This document shows, one piece after another, positions 27,766-37,118 of a DNA stretch of 64,000 nt. Below the pieces are notes generated by a model. It worked only from the letters and a program-made list of their open reading frames with translations. It was not told where the DNA came from and searched no databases. Within the stretch, counting starts at the first letter, position 1. Every line of letters starts with the position of its first letter. This DNA is from Bacteroidales bacterium (GTDB taxonomy: Bacteria; Bacteroidota; Bacteroidia; Bacteroidales; F082): contig JAZNVS010000005.1 in assembly GCA_045592965.1 (NCBI GenBank), positions 158 to 64,157 of the forward strand, written 5' to 3'. The position numbers and the translations under genes were made by a program.

Positions 27766-27821
27766 AATTTTCAATTTTCAATTTTCAATTTTCAACTTTC
27801 AATTTTCAATTTTCAATTTAT
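27766..27821. repeat. Heptanucleotide microsatellite (AATTTTC) x8
   Basis: Eight contiguous 7-nt units, two of them variant, immediately downstream of the def stop codon (27826). Confidence 0.95.
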
Positions 27822-27825
27822 AAAA

Positions 27826-28392
27826 CTATCTTCTTCTTTTATTCGGGAATATCATCTTATATTCGGTGTAGACGTTGCCTTCTGAGATATTGCGCAATTT
27901 ATTTTTAAGCATCATCTTGCGCATAGGAGCGACTCTGTCTACATAGACTTTTCCTTCGAGATGGTCGTATTCATGTTGAATGACGCGAGCCTTTATTCCA
28001 TCAAACTCTTCTTCATGTTCGACGAAATTCTCATCTAAATAGTTGATAGTTATTTTACTTGGACGTACGACTTCCTCATTCATATCCGGGAGACTCAAGC
28101 ATCCTTCACGGAAAGTCCATGTCTCTTCCGACATCTCCACTATCTCTGGATTGATAAATACTTTCTTAAAACCTTTGGCTTCTGGATATGTCTCATGGAA
28201 AGGATCTGCATCAATTACGAAAAGTCTTATTGATTTGTTGATTTGAGGAGCCGCAAGACCAACACCTTCCGAGTGATACATAGTCTCGAACATATCGGCT
28301 ATAAGTTGTTGTAAATTTGGATAATCTGGTTCTATATCTTCCGCCACGCGTTTTAACACAGGGTGACCGTAAGCTACGACTGGTAATATCAT
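27826..28392 (-). CDS. def: Peptide deformylase
   Basis: 188 aa with GVGLAAPQ, EGCLS and QHEYDH metal-binding motifs. Confidence 0.9.
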   Translation of the reverse strand: MILPVVAYGHPVLKRVAEDIEPDYPNLQQLIADMFETMYHSEGVGLAAPQINKSIRLFVIDADPFHETYPEAKGFKKVFINPEIVEMSEETWTFREGCLSLPDMNEEVVRPSKITINYLDENFVEHEEEFDGIKARVIQHEYDHLEGKVYVDRVAPMRKMMLKNKLRNISEGNVYTEYKMIFPNKRRR

Positions 28393-28414
28393 CTTATATA
28401 ATTGTTAAAATTTA

Positions 28415-28846
28415 TTAAAATCTGTTTTTCTTTATCGCTTCTGCTTCCATATACGACTGCAGGATAATGGTCGCGCTGATGGTATCGACGAGCGACTTGT
28501 TCTGACGCTGTTTCTTACCAAGCCCCGCGTCTATCATTGTCTGAAACGCCATCTTGGAAGTGAAACGCTCGTCATGACGTTTTATTGTCATTTCCGGAAG
28601 CGCCTTCTTCAGCTGTCCGATGAAAGGCTCAATATAACGACTTGATTCAGATGGATTATTTTGCATATCTTTCGGTTCTCCTATCACGATGGTCCCCACA
28701 TTCTCTTTCTTCACATAATCTAAAATGAAGGTCAGCAAATCTTTCGTCGCTACCGTCGTCAATGAATTAGCAATAATCTGCAAAGGGTCAGTCACTGCAA
28801 TGCCGCAGCGTTTCCTTCCGTAATCTATAGCCATTATTCTCGCCAT
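28415..28846 (-). CDS. ruvX: Holliday junction resolvase-like nuclease RuvX (YqgF)
   Basis: 143 aa: MARIMAIDYGRKRCGIAVTD..., DERFTS motif. Confidence 0.9.
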   Translation of the reverse strand: MARIMAIDYGRKRCGIAVTDPLQIIANSLTTVATKDLLTFILDYVKKENVGTIVIGEPKDMQNNPSESSRYIEPFIGQLKKALPEMTIKRHDERFTSKMAFQTMIDAGLGKKQRQNKSLVDTISATIILQSYMEAEAIKKNRF

Positions 28847-28863
28847 ATCTTAATTTTTTTTTG

Positions 28864-28871
28864 CAAATATA
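28864..28871 (-). promoter_or_regulatory. Bacteroidota -7 promoter box (TATATTTG) upstream of ruvX
   Basis: TAnnTTTG on the minus strand, 18 nt upstream of the ruvX ATG. Confidence 0.5.
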
Positions 28872-28976
28872 AGAAAAAAAGACGACGAGACAACGAGACT
28901 ATAAGTTCATTAATTAGGAATTTATATTAACGTGAGTTTGATATAAAACAATTTATCAAAAATGAATAACATAACG

Positions 28977-30959
28977 TTATTTAATAATTACCTTTTCGTA
29001 ACAAGTATCATTTGAGGTTTCAACAATAACCATATAAATACCTGAAGAGCATTTTTGGCTTAAGCTAATCTGACATGAAGAATAGTTGATTTGATTTACA
29101 GAAATCTTAATCTCTCTTCCAAGCATATCAATCATTTTCACATCTTTTATTTCAGAAACGGACTCAACAGAAATGTTATTGCCGTATGAAAGAACTGTCG
29201 GATTGATAGTGATTCCTTCACCTTTGTCATCAATTTTATTCACTGACAGATAAGTTGGGAGAATGCAATCTTCTATGTCTGAAGATACAATATAAACCAG
29301 TTCATTATCTTTATGTTGGCATATTAATTCCGAGAATGTTTCTGTATAAAAATCTGGCAATACCATCGGAAAAACTCCTTCAATAAACATGAGATTATCA
29401 ATTGACAATTCTCCTCCATAAAAATGTCCGAATTCAATAATCTTTCTTCCATCTTCGTATCGCACATTTTCTACTTCAATCTCATACGGATAGTAATAAA
29501 GCGTAAATGTGTCACCTACATTTAATGACATATCGCATAATAAGATTTCTTCTTCTAAATCATTATTTTTTATATACATAAACAATCTGCCATTTTCTTG
29601 TTCTTCTCTGAAATATATGATTTCTTCAGAATACCAGAATGTTTTGTATCCATACTCATATTCCACATTTCTTGGTTCAACAAAATAATACAAATTGTCA
29701 TTAATTGTAATTGTATCCTTATTGCAAATTGTAAATGTACTGTTATGGTTACTATCTATAATTACCGTATGTGAATTAATGCTTGTCGAGTCGTTGGCAA
29801 AGAATGACTGGTAAACGTAAGTGTCAAAATCTCCGCCCATAGTCGCCAATATCGGATAGCCATAGTTCACATTTTCCATCACCATCCATGAAACATACTG
29901 TTCGCTTTGTGAATTTTCAACCCATTTGTTGAGAGCTTCGAGAAGTTCGCTTACATTTTCTCCGTTCACCTCAACATTCTCCTCAAGTTGCAAATCCTCG
30001 TCAAACAACGAGCTGTTCATCACAACACCATCATTTTCTTCATATAAAGTATAATCCTGCGAGCCATATTCAATTGTGTAGTAAGAATTTTCTATTAAAG
30101 AATTCTCTGAGTTGTAAGCTGCCACTCCTCCACTATGACTGTACATTTTCAACGGAGCTGCATAGCAATTTCTAATTGTAGCCATAAAATTTTCATTCTC
30201 AGACATATTTTTCCCCACAATACCTCCTGCATACTCTGTGCTATATGAGGATCCATATTCTGTAGATACGAAACAATTCTCTATTATGGCATCTGCATTA
30301 GCCGAAATATTTTGTCCTGCGATGCCGCCAACACATACCATACTTCCTTCTAATCTTTCTGAAATCAAGGCGCAATTGGAAATCTTAGAGTCCTTATTAA
30401 TACCCACGATACCGCCGCTATAATTAGCGAAAGACATTTCCGTCTTTACAACACATCTGTCGATAAGCGTATTGTTATCAGCCATATATGCTATACCTCC
30501 ACATTCTTCATAACCGACTATCTCGCCTTTGCCAAGTTTCACATTTCTAACAACAGCATTGTCGAGGTATCCGAACAATCCGAAGTTTCTGCCTTCCCAA
30601 ACATCATACATCTTGATGCCATGAATATAGAAATCCTTGCCGTCGAAAACACCTCTGAATGGATTTTCAGCAGTACCAACTGCAATCCAATTATTACCAT
30701 CAATATTGACATCGTTTTCCAAAGTAACAGTAACATCTTTAAAATCATTAGCATCCTGTCCGTTAAGTCCGTTAACAACTGAGATAAGCCATGCGAGACC
30801 TTCTCCGCTTGTTATTGAAACATTGCCGTCTTCACTCACGACAAAACCTTCAGGTTGAGAAGTTACAACATCAGTCCATGATGTTTCAGCTACATATTTC
30901 TCCTGAGATTGCACTCCCAATGTAAAAAATAATAAAATTAGTAAATGTAATTTTTTCAT
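28977..30959 (-). CDS. Secreted GLUG-motif repeat protein with T9SS C-terminal sorting domain
   Basis: ORF track 28977..30986. The likely start MKKLHLLILLFFTLGVQSQ lies at 30959. Repeated GGIAG/GGIVG(K/I)N motifs are GLUG-like. The C-terminus ...SSGIYMVIVETSNDTCYEKVIIK is CTD-like. Confidence 0.65.
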   Translation of the reverse strand: MKKLHLLILLFFTLGVQSQEKYVAETSWTDVVTSQPEGFVVSEDGNVSITSGEGLAWLISVVNGLNGQDANDFKDVTVTLENDVNIDGNNWIAVGTAENPFRGVFDGKDFYIHGIKMYDVWEGRNFGLFGYLDNAVVRNVKLGKGEIVGYEECGGIAYMADNNTLIDRCVVKTEMSFANYSGGIVGINKDSKISNCALISERLEGSMVCVGGIAGQNISANADAIIENCFVSTEYGSSYSTEYAGGIVGKNMSENENFMATIRNCYAAPLKMYSHSGGVAAYNSENSLIENSYYTIEYGSQDYTLYEENDGVVMNSSLFDEDLQLEENVEVNGENVSELLEALNKWVENSQSEQYVSWMVMENVNYGYPILATMGGDFDTYVYQSFFANDSTSINSHTVIIDSNHNSTFTICNKDTITINDNLYYFVEPRNVEYEYGYKTFWYSEEIIYFREEQENGRLFMYIKNNDLEEEILLCDMSLNVGDTFTLYYYPYEIEVENVRYEDGRKIIEFGHFYGGELSIDNLMFIEGVFPMVLPDFYTETFSELICQHKDNELVYIVSSDIEDCILPTYLSVNKIDDKGEGITINPTVLSYGNNISVESVSEIKDVKMIDMLGREIKISVNQINYSSCQISLSQKCSSGIYMVIVETSNDTCYEKVIIK

Positions 30960-31269
30960 AATGTGGAGATTTAGATACGGTTCCACTTTTAATATCTACA
31001 ACAATGGGAGGAAACCATTTCCCATTTTTGCAGTTGTTAATTTCATTATCGTACTTTGCAAATATCATAATTATATTTCAAATTTCCAAGACATTTCAAA
31101 TATTTTTTTAAAAATGGGGGGGTAAAACACTAATAAACAAACAATTAACACGTCATCATATCAAAAAAAAGCTCAACAATCTGCTTCAAATTATAAGTTA
31201 CACTAACTTTTCTAACATGAAAAATATCGCAAAACGACTTATACTTAAGCACTACACATAAACTTTTCT

Positions 31270-31277
31270 TATATTTG
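31270..31277 (+). promoter_or_regulatory. Bacteroidota -7 promoter box (TATATTTG) upstream of dapD
   Basis: TAnnTTTG match 20 nt upstream of the ATG at 31297. Confidence 0.5.
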
Positions 31278-31296
31278 CAGATATATAAATTCAGTT

Positions 31297-32112
31297 ATGG
31301 AAAACCTAAAGAATATCATAGAAAGTGCTTGGAATGAACGTTCATTGTTGGAAGACAGCAAGGTTCGTGAAGCGATAAAAGAAGTCATTGAATTATTAGA
31401 CAAAGGTAAAGCTCGTATCGCCGAGAAAATTGAAGGCGAATGGATCATCAACGAGTGGCTAAAGAAAGCCGTCTTGATGTATTTCCCGATTAACAATATG
31501 GAAGTTCAAGAAAGCGGCATCTTTGAATATTACGACAAGATTCCGTTGAAACGCGGTTTTGAAGAAGCTGGAGTCCGCGTCGTTCCTCCAGCGACAGCTC
31601 GTTACGGAGCCTTCATTAATAAAGGTGTAATCTTGATGCCTTCTTATGTCAACATCGGAGCATACGTCGATAGCGGAACTATGGTCGACACTTGGGCTAC
31701 TGTCGGTTCCTGCGCACAGATTGGAAAGAACGTACATCTCAGCGGCGGCGTTGGAATAGGCGGAGTTTTGGAGCCGGTGCAAGCCGCGCCTGTCATCATA
31801 GAAGACAACTGTTTCATCGGTTCGAGATGTATCATAGTTGAAGGCGTCAGAATTGAAGAAGAAGCAGTCTTAGGAGCCAACACTGTCATCACAGCCTCGA
31901 CGAAAATCATCGATGTCAGTGGCAGCGAACCTAAGGAATACAAAGGATTCGTACCGGCACGTTCCGTCGTGATACCAGGATCATACACAAGACATTTCCC
32001 GGCAGGCGACTATCAAGTCAGCTGCGCTTTAATCATCGGAAAGAGAAAAGAATCGACAGACAAGAAGACCTCGTTGAACGATGTTCTGAGAGAATTCAAA
32101 GTCTCGGTATGA
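31297..32112 (+). CDS. dapD: 2,3,4,5-tetrahydropyridine-2,6-dicarboxylate N-succinyltransferase
   Basis: 271 aa with left-handed beta-helix hexapeptide repeats (GAYVDSGTMVDTWATVGSCAQIGKNVHLSGGVGIGGVLEP). Confidence 0.85.
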   Translation: MENLKNIIESAWNERSLLEDSKVREAIKEVIELLDKGKARIAEKIEGEWIINEWLKKAVLMYFPINNMEVQESGIFEYYDKIPLKRGFEEAGVRVVPPATARYGAFINKGVILMPSYVNIGAYVDSGTMVDTWATVGSCAQIGKNVHLSGGVGIGGVLEPVQAAPVIIEDNCFIGSRCIIVEGVRIEEEAVLGANTVITASTKIIDVSGSEPKEYKGFVPARSVVIPGSYTRHFPAGDYQVSCALIIGKRKESTDKKTSLNDVLREFKVSV

Positions 32113-32115
32113 GAA

Positions 32116-32153
32116 ATAAAAAAAGAGACGTTAGAAATAACGTCTCTTTTTTT
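32116..32153. terminator. Bidirectional intrinsic terminator between convergent dapD and tRNA-His
   Basis: AAAAAGAGACGTT-agaaat-AACGTCTCTTTTT. Perfect 13-bp stem including the A-run and T-run. Confidence 0.85.
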
Positions 32154-32156
32154 CTG

Positions 32157-32231
32157 GGTGGAAGATGGGACTCGAACCCACGACCCACGGAACCACAATC
32201 CGGTACTCTAACCAACTGAGCTACATCCACC
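32157..32231 (-). tRNA. tRNA-His (anticodon GTG)
   Basis: The reverse complement GGTGGATGTAGCTCAGTTGGTTAGAGTACCGGATTGTGGTTCCGTGGGTCGTGGGTTCGAGTCCCATCTTCCACC folds as a cloverleaf by hand. It has the extra 5' G(-1) typical of tRNA-His, anticodon loop TTGTGGT and T-loop TTCGAGT. CCA is not encoded. Confidence 0.9.
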
Positions 32232-32324
32232 GTCTGAATTCGAGTGCAAAGATACAACTTTTTTCTTTCAAAAATCAAGTTCGACAAGATTTTTTTTTAT
32301 TTTTGTTTTCTAATTCAAAACAAG

Positions 32325-33464
32325 ATGAAAGACAACAAGATATTATCACCTAACCAAATAGCTATAGCACGTTTCAAGAAAAACGCCACTGGTATGATAT
32401 CTCTGATTTTTATCATCTTATGCGGACTGATAGCATTATTCGCGTATTTTATCATTCCTGATAAAACTCCTTACGCCAACACTCAGATTCTAGAGATAAG
32501 CACTCAGAAACCGGGTTTTGAAATCGATATGCTTCTCGTACCAAAACAAAACGTAACAGACGACAAAGGATTTTTCTCACAGATGATGAAGGGAAAGCCT
32601 TCTCCTTACCGACAAATTCCCTTCGATTCTTTAAAAATCGACAAAGAAAAAACAACGGTATTTATCTTTAATACTGATGCTAATTCTACACCTAACGAAG
32701 AAACCATTTCTAACAAAGATTTATGTTCTGAGATAAGTTTCGCCACTGATGAAGAAGCAACACATTATATATGTAGCAATTGTGTCAGACATAGAAAATT
32801 CATTCTCGGCACCGACCAATTCGGAAGGGATTTCTTAAGTCGCCTGCTCTTAGGAACAAGGATCAGTTTTTCGGTAGGTTTCATAGCCGTCTTCATGAGC
32901 ATATTAATAGGTATAATAGTGGGCAGTCTCGGCGGTTTCTTCAGAGGATGGGTCGACGATGTCATGCTGTGGCTGATAAACGTAGTGTGGTCGATTCCTA
33001 CATTATTGATAGTCATCGCCATCACTTTTGTTTTAGGCAAAGGCGTCGTACAAGTTTTCATCGCAGTAGGTTTGACAATGTGGGTCGAAGTTGCGCGTGT
33101 GACGCGAGGACAAATTTTGTCAGTCAGGGAGATGACCTTCGTTGAAGCAGGAAAGGCTCTAGGAATCAGCAATTTAAGAATAATATCACGTCATGTCATT
33201 CCAAACATCATCAATCCTATCATAGTGATTTCTGCTGCCAACTTTGCGTCCGCCATTTTATTAGAGGCAGGACTCAGTTTCCTCGGCATCGGCGTTCAGC
33301 CACCTATGCCGTCGTGGGGAAGCATGATAAAGGAAAACTACGCTTACATCATTTTGAACGACGCCTACCTCGCAATACTTCCAGGCATTGCCATAATGCT
33401 TTTGGTATTGGCATTCATGCTCTTCGGCAATGCATTACGCGATGCTTTAGACGTAAAGAAGTAA
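32325..33464 (+). CDS. ABC transporter permease (oligopeptide/dipeptide DppC/OppC-like)
   Basis: ORF track 32244..33464. The 5' extension overlaps the tRNA, so the likely start is MKDNKILSPNQ at 32325. Carries the EAA-loop region VREMTFVEAGKALGISNLRIISRHVIPN. Confidence 0.8.
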   Translation: MKDNKILSPNQIAIARFKKNATGMISLIFIILCGLIALFAYFIIPDKTPYANTQILEISTQKPGFEIDMLLVPKQNVTDDKGFFSQMMKGKPSPYRQIPFDSLKIDKEKTTVFIFNTDANSTPNEETISNKDLCSEISFATDEEATHYICSNCVRHRKFILGTDQFGRDFLSRLLLGTRISFSVGFIAVFMSILIGIIVGSLGGFFRGWVDDVMLWLINVVWSIPTLLIVIAITFVLGKGVVQVFIAVGLTMWVEVARVTRGQILSVREMTFVEAGKALGISNLRIISRHVIPNIINPIIVISAANFASAILLEAGLSFLGIGVQPPMPSWGSMIKENYAYIILNDAYLAILPGIAIMLLVLAFMLFGNALRDALDVKK

Positions 33465-34982
33465 TCACTGACGTCTTCTGTTCTCATATTTTCCATAGTC
33501 AGCCGACCAACAAGCATCATATTTATTTTCATTGCAACTACCTTTGGCAAAGTTGATTTTCAAGGATATAAAGAAATCCATTCCATTAGTATCACCGATG
33601 CCAAGATATGAAACCAGGTTATGAGTTCCCATAGTAATGAAGCCTATTCTTGCCGAAGCACCTAACATAAAATGTTTATAATTACGCAAACTCAGCGGCA
33701 TGCAGAAGTCGAAATATCTAGATTCAAAACGAGGCTCTACCATCAACTGCGACGCCGCTTTTACCGAATATTTAAATAAGTTTATCGGTTGTATGACAGT
33801 CGCATTGACATAAAAACATTTGACCACATTATAATCGAATTGTAGTCGCAAGGTGGTAGGGAGTCCCATCTTAAAACTATTTCCAATCAACGAAGCAGAC
33901 ATATCGCCATCGTAATAAATCCCGCTCAGGGAGTTTATCATATCACCGAACGAGTCGATATTGTCGAAGATACGTTTGTTAAACTGAAGCGTCTGTTCAC
34001 TTAAGAATCTGTTATCTACAGCATTCTTACCGAAATTGATAAACCCCAAATCCATCAACGAGACCGATAGTCGCCAGCTATAATCCACTTTCTGCATCAG
34101 GCAGGCAGAAACAAAACGCGGAGTGTTATAGACGATGCTTTTCTTACGCAAAAACGAAAATCCCAAGTCGAGAGCAATACCATTACCTCGCACCGGCGAG
34201 CTATCGAACACAGTGCCGGATACAAAGTCAGCGTCATAGTTTAATGGTAACGAATAAGCGATATAAGAGTCAATATTATTCACCATTATGGTATCTTCGT
34301 GAATGACCTCATAATCAAGATTGTCGATATTTGCCGCAGCCGCCGAATAACCCAAAAGATATTTCACGCTGGCACCTACATCAATTCTGTTAAGATTGCG
34401 GTCATAAACCTTTCTCGAATACGACATTGCGAGTTCAGCCCATTCCATGGTAGCGGCCTTAGCTCCCGACGACTGATAATAACCGAGCAGAAAATCATTA
34501 CCCTCAATCTTCAAAGCACACAACTCAGGAAGCTCATAAGGTATGTCCGTTCCACTTGTATAGACTCTTGCGTTGATGGAGAAACCTATATTCTGTTTAG
34601 TATCCAAAGTATACATTAAACTCAACATATTCACATCCAAAGATTCATATAGTTTTTTGGGATTCATATTAGGATTGTCGTAAATCAGGAAGTTATAATT
34701 TTCGCCGTACATTGTGTAAGAAGGCATTGTATGTCCTTCAGAGAAAAGCAACTTATTAAAATCCTTAGACTTCAGATAAGCGAAATCGTTGAAGAACGAA
34801 AAACCCGTTGTCGCTATAGATAAATCGGAATATAGGTACGATGTCGACATCAAGGCAGGATTCATCGAGAGCGAACGTGAGCCAGCATAATTACTCTGCG
34901 TTCCGATAAGCGATTGCGAGAAGACATAACATGAAAATATCGATAGAAAAAAGAGTAGAAAATATTTGCGTAATTCAGTCAT
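33465..34982 (-). CDS. Hypothetical signal-peptide protein, probably an outer-membrane beta-barrel
   Basis: ORF track 33465..35177. The upstream part is the antisense of tRNA-Leu, so the likely start is MTELRKYFLLFFLSIFSCYVFSQ at 34982. Alternating aromatic/Gly-rich strands run throughout. Confidence 0.5.
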   Translation of the reverse strand: MTELRKYFLLFFLSIFSCYVFSQSLIGTQSNYAGSRSLSMNPALMSTSYLYSDLSIATTGFSFFNDFAYLKSKDFNKLLFSEGHTMPSYTMYGENYNFLIYDNPNMNPKKLYESLDVNMLSLMYTLDTKQNIGFSINARVYTSGTDIPYELPELCALKIEGNDFLLGYYQSSGAKAATMEWAELAMSYSRKVYDRNLNRIDVGASVKYLLGYSAAAANIDNLDYEVIHEDTIMVNNIDSYIAYSLPLNYDADFVSGTVFDSSPVRGNGIALDLGFSFLRKKSIVYNTPRFVSACLMQKVDYSWRLSVSLMDLGFINFGKNAVDNRFLSEQTLQFNKRIFDNIDSFGDMINSLSGIYYDGDMSASLIGNSFKMGLPTTLRLQFDYNVVKCFYVNATVIQPINLFKYSVKAASQLMVEPRFESRYFDFCMPLSLRNYKHFMLGASARIGFITMGTHNLVSYLGIGDTNGMDFFISLKINFAKGSCNENKYDACWSADYGKYENRRRQ

Positions 34983-35068
34983 ATCAGTGAAAAATAAGTC
35001 TATGCAAATATAGAGAATAAATTCGTTTTTTTTATTTAAAAAAATGTGGAATATTTGAAAAAAAATTG

Positions 35069-35076
35069 TATTTTTG
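35069..35076 (+). promoter_or_regulatory. Bacteroidota -7 promoter box (TATTTTTG) upstream of tRNA-Leu/tig
   Basis: TAnnTTTG match 19 nt upstream of the tRNA 5' end. Confidence 0.5.
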
Positions 35077-35094
35077 CACCTCCTAACGATTCGG

Positions 35095-35176
35095 GCGGAT
35101 GTGGCGTAATTGGTAGCCGCGTCAGACTTAGGATCTGATGCCGAGAGGCGTGGGGGTTCGAGTCCCTTCATCCGCA
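35095..35176 (+). tRNA. tRNA-Leu (anticodon TAG)
   Basis: GCGGATGTGGCGTAATTGGTAGCCGCGTCAGACTTAGGATCTGATGCCGAGAGGCGTGGGGGTTCGAGTCCCTTCATCCGCA. Acceptor GCGGATG/CATCCGC, anticodon loop CTTAGGA, long variable arm and T-loop TTCGAGT. Confidence 0.9.
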
Positions 35177-35201
35177 CTACAAAAAATAATTTTTATATCA
35201 A

Positions 35202-36296
35202 ATGAACACTACACAGACATCGAAAGGCGAACTTCTCGCCGGTATTCAAGTGACCTTAGTTAAAGCTGATTATGAAGCAGAAGTAAAAAAAGCTTTGAAT
35301 GATTATCAACGTAAAGCTACATTGCCTGGCTTCCGTCAAGGTAAGGTTCCTTTCGGAATGATCAAGAAAATGTACGGTCAAGCTGTCCTTTTGGAAAAGA
35401 TAAATCAAAAAGTCTCTGAGGCTCTCAACAATCATATCATCGAAAATAAATTGGACCTTATCGGATACCCACTTCCAGATATGGAACAATCACAACCTAA
35501 CGACCTCGACAACCAAGAAGAATTGAATTTCTACTTTGAAGCGGCTCTCAAACCAGAAATCAGCGTCAACCTTAAAAACCATAAAGTAGATGCTTATAAC
35601 ATCAAAGCTTCTGAAGAAGAAATAGACAGAACAATAAAAAGCATACTCGAAAACAATAAAGTCGACGATAAAGAAGCTGAACTCAACGAAGAACTCTTCT
35701 CTAAGATTTTCCCAGGTCAAGAAGTGAAAGACGTTGAAACATTCCGCGCTAAAGTTGCTGTAGAAATGGAAAAACAATATGCTCTCGAAGCAGAGAGAAT
35801 GTTCTACAACAAAGCTGTCGACCAATTAGTTGAAGAAATTAAATTTGATTTACCAGATACATTCCTCAAACGCTGGATTGTTGAAAACAGCGAAGGTAAA
35901 ATCAGCGCTGAAGAAGTTGAAAAGAACTACGACAACGCTTATGTCAAGTCACTCAGATGGCAACTCATCGAGGAAGTTCTCGTAAAACAAAATCCAGAAT
36001 TAGTCCTTAAAGATGAAGAAGTTCGCGACTTCGTAAGAAACTCATACTTCGGTCACATGGACGTCACAACTTTGGACGAAGAAACAAAGAAACGCTTAGA
36101 CGACATCGTCGACGTTATCCTCAAAGACGACAACCAACGTCAAAGTATAAACAATCAGTTGGCTGACAAAAAACTGACAGCTTATTTGAGAGAAAACATG
36201 ACAGTCAACGTTGTCGAATCAGACTACGACGGATTCGTTAAATCATTTATGCCAGAAGTTGAAGTTGCTAAAGAAGCTGAACAAGCTGCTGAATAA
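35202..36296 (+). CDS. tig: Trigger factor, apparently lacking the FKBP-type PPIase domain
   Basis: 364 aa with an N-terminal ribosome-binding signature PGFRQGKVP and synteny tig-clpP-clpX. The segment between the N- and C-domains is only a few residues long. Confidence 0.8.
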   Translation: MNTTQTSKGELLAGIQVTLVKADYEAEVKKALNDYQRKATLPGFRQGKVPFGMIKKMYGQAVLLEKINQKVSEALNNHIIENKLDLIGYPLPDMEQSQPNDLDNQEELNFYFEAALKPEISVNLKNHKVDAYNIKASEEEIDRTIKSILENNKVDDKEAELNEELFSKIFPGQEVKDVETFRAKVAVEMEKQYALEAERMFYNKAVDQLVEEIKFDLPDTFLKRWIVENSEGKISAEEVEKNYDNAYVKSLRWQLIEEVLVKQNPELVLKDEEVRDFVRNSYFGHMDVTTLDEETKKRLDDIVDVILKDDNQRQSINNQLADKKLTAYLRENMTVNVVESDYDGFVKSFMPEVEVAKEAEQAAE

Positions 36297-36309
36297 CAAT
36301 ATCTGAAGA

Positions 36310-36370
36310 TTAAGGTTTAAAGCTTAAGGTTTTTGGTTCGTCATAATCAGACCTTAACTTTAAACCTTAA
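36310..36370. repeat. Hairpin built from TTAAGGT-type heptamers, downstream of tig
   Basis: Arms TTAAGGTTTAAAGCTTAAGGT (36310-36330) and ACCTTAACTTTAAACCTTAA (36351-36370). About 20 bp with one bulge and a 20-nt loop. Confidence 0.8.
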
Positions 36371-36441
36371 ATTTTATCCAAAAGAAAAATAAACTGAAAC
36401 AAAATATAAAATAAGTAGTTTATAATAAAAATAAAACGACA

Positions 36442-37110
36442 ATGAACAACGAATTTTATAAATACGCCACTAAACATTGCGGTATCAATAGTTTGGCATT
36501 AGAAAAATACACATCTACAGTAACAAATTATATCTCTCCTACTATCATCGAAGAACGTCAGCTCAATGTAGCACAAATGGACGTTTTCTCAAGACTTATG
36601 ATGGACCGTATCATCTTCTTGGGTGACGAAATCAACGATTATGTAGCTAACATCATTCAAGCACAGTTACTTTTCCTCGAGTCGTCAGACCCTAAAAGAG
36701 ACATACAGATTTATGTCAACTCTCCAGGCGGTTCCGTATACGCCGGATTGGGAATATACGACACTATGCAATTCATCAGCCCTGACGTGGCAACAATCTG
36801 CACAGGCATCGCTGCATCAATGGCAGCTGTATTGTTGTGCGCAGGAGCTAAAGGCAAACGTTCTGCATTGAAACACTCACGCATCATGATTCACCAACCA
36901 ATGGGCGGTATGCAAGGACAAGCCTCCGACATCGAAATAACCGCACGCGAAATATTGAAACTCAAGAAAGAACTTTACGACATCATAGCAACACATTCAG
37001 GACAAGCATTCGACAAGGTTTGGGCAGATTCCGACCGCGACTATTGGATGACATCTCAAGAAGCCAAAGACTATGGCATGATTGACGAAGTCCTTATTAA
37101 AAAAGTGTAA
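36442..37110 (+). CDS. clpP: ATP-dependent Clp protease proteolytic subunit
   Basis: 222 aa with catalytic Ser context GIAASMAAVLL and the HQPMGG motif. Confidence 0.95.
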   Translation: MNNEFYKYATKHCGINSLALEKYTSTVTNYISPTIIEERQLNVAQMDVFSRLMMDRIIFLGDEINDYVANIIQAQLLFLESSDPKRDIQIYVNSPGGSVYAGLGIYDTMQFISPDVATICTGIAASMAAVLLCAGAKGKRSALKHSRIMIHQPMGGMQGQASDIEITAREILKLKKELYDIIATHSGQAFDKVWADSDRDYWMTSQEAKDYGMIDEVLIKKV

Positions 37111-37118
37111 TGTCGAGA

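Noticed and set aside
27766-27821. Regularly spaced repeats considered as a possible CRISPR array (also 5306-5375 and 63656-63697)
   Set aside because: The units are 7 nt long and contiguous with no spacers, and there are no cas genes. These are microsatellites, not CRISPR.
34983-35177. N-terminal 65 codons of track ORF 33465..35177
   Set aside because: This part is simply the reverse complement of tRNA-Leu and its promoter. A signal-peptide-bearing start (MTELRKYFLLFF...) at 34982 is far more plausible.
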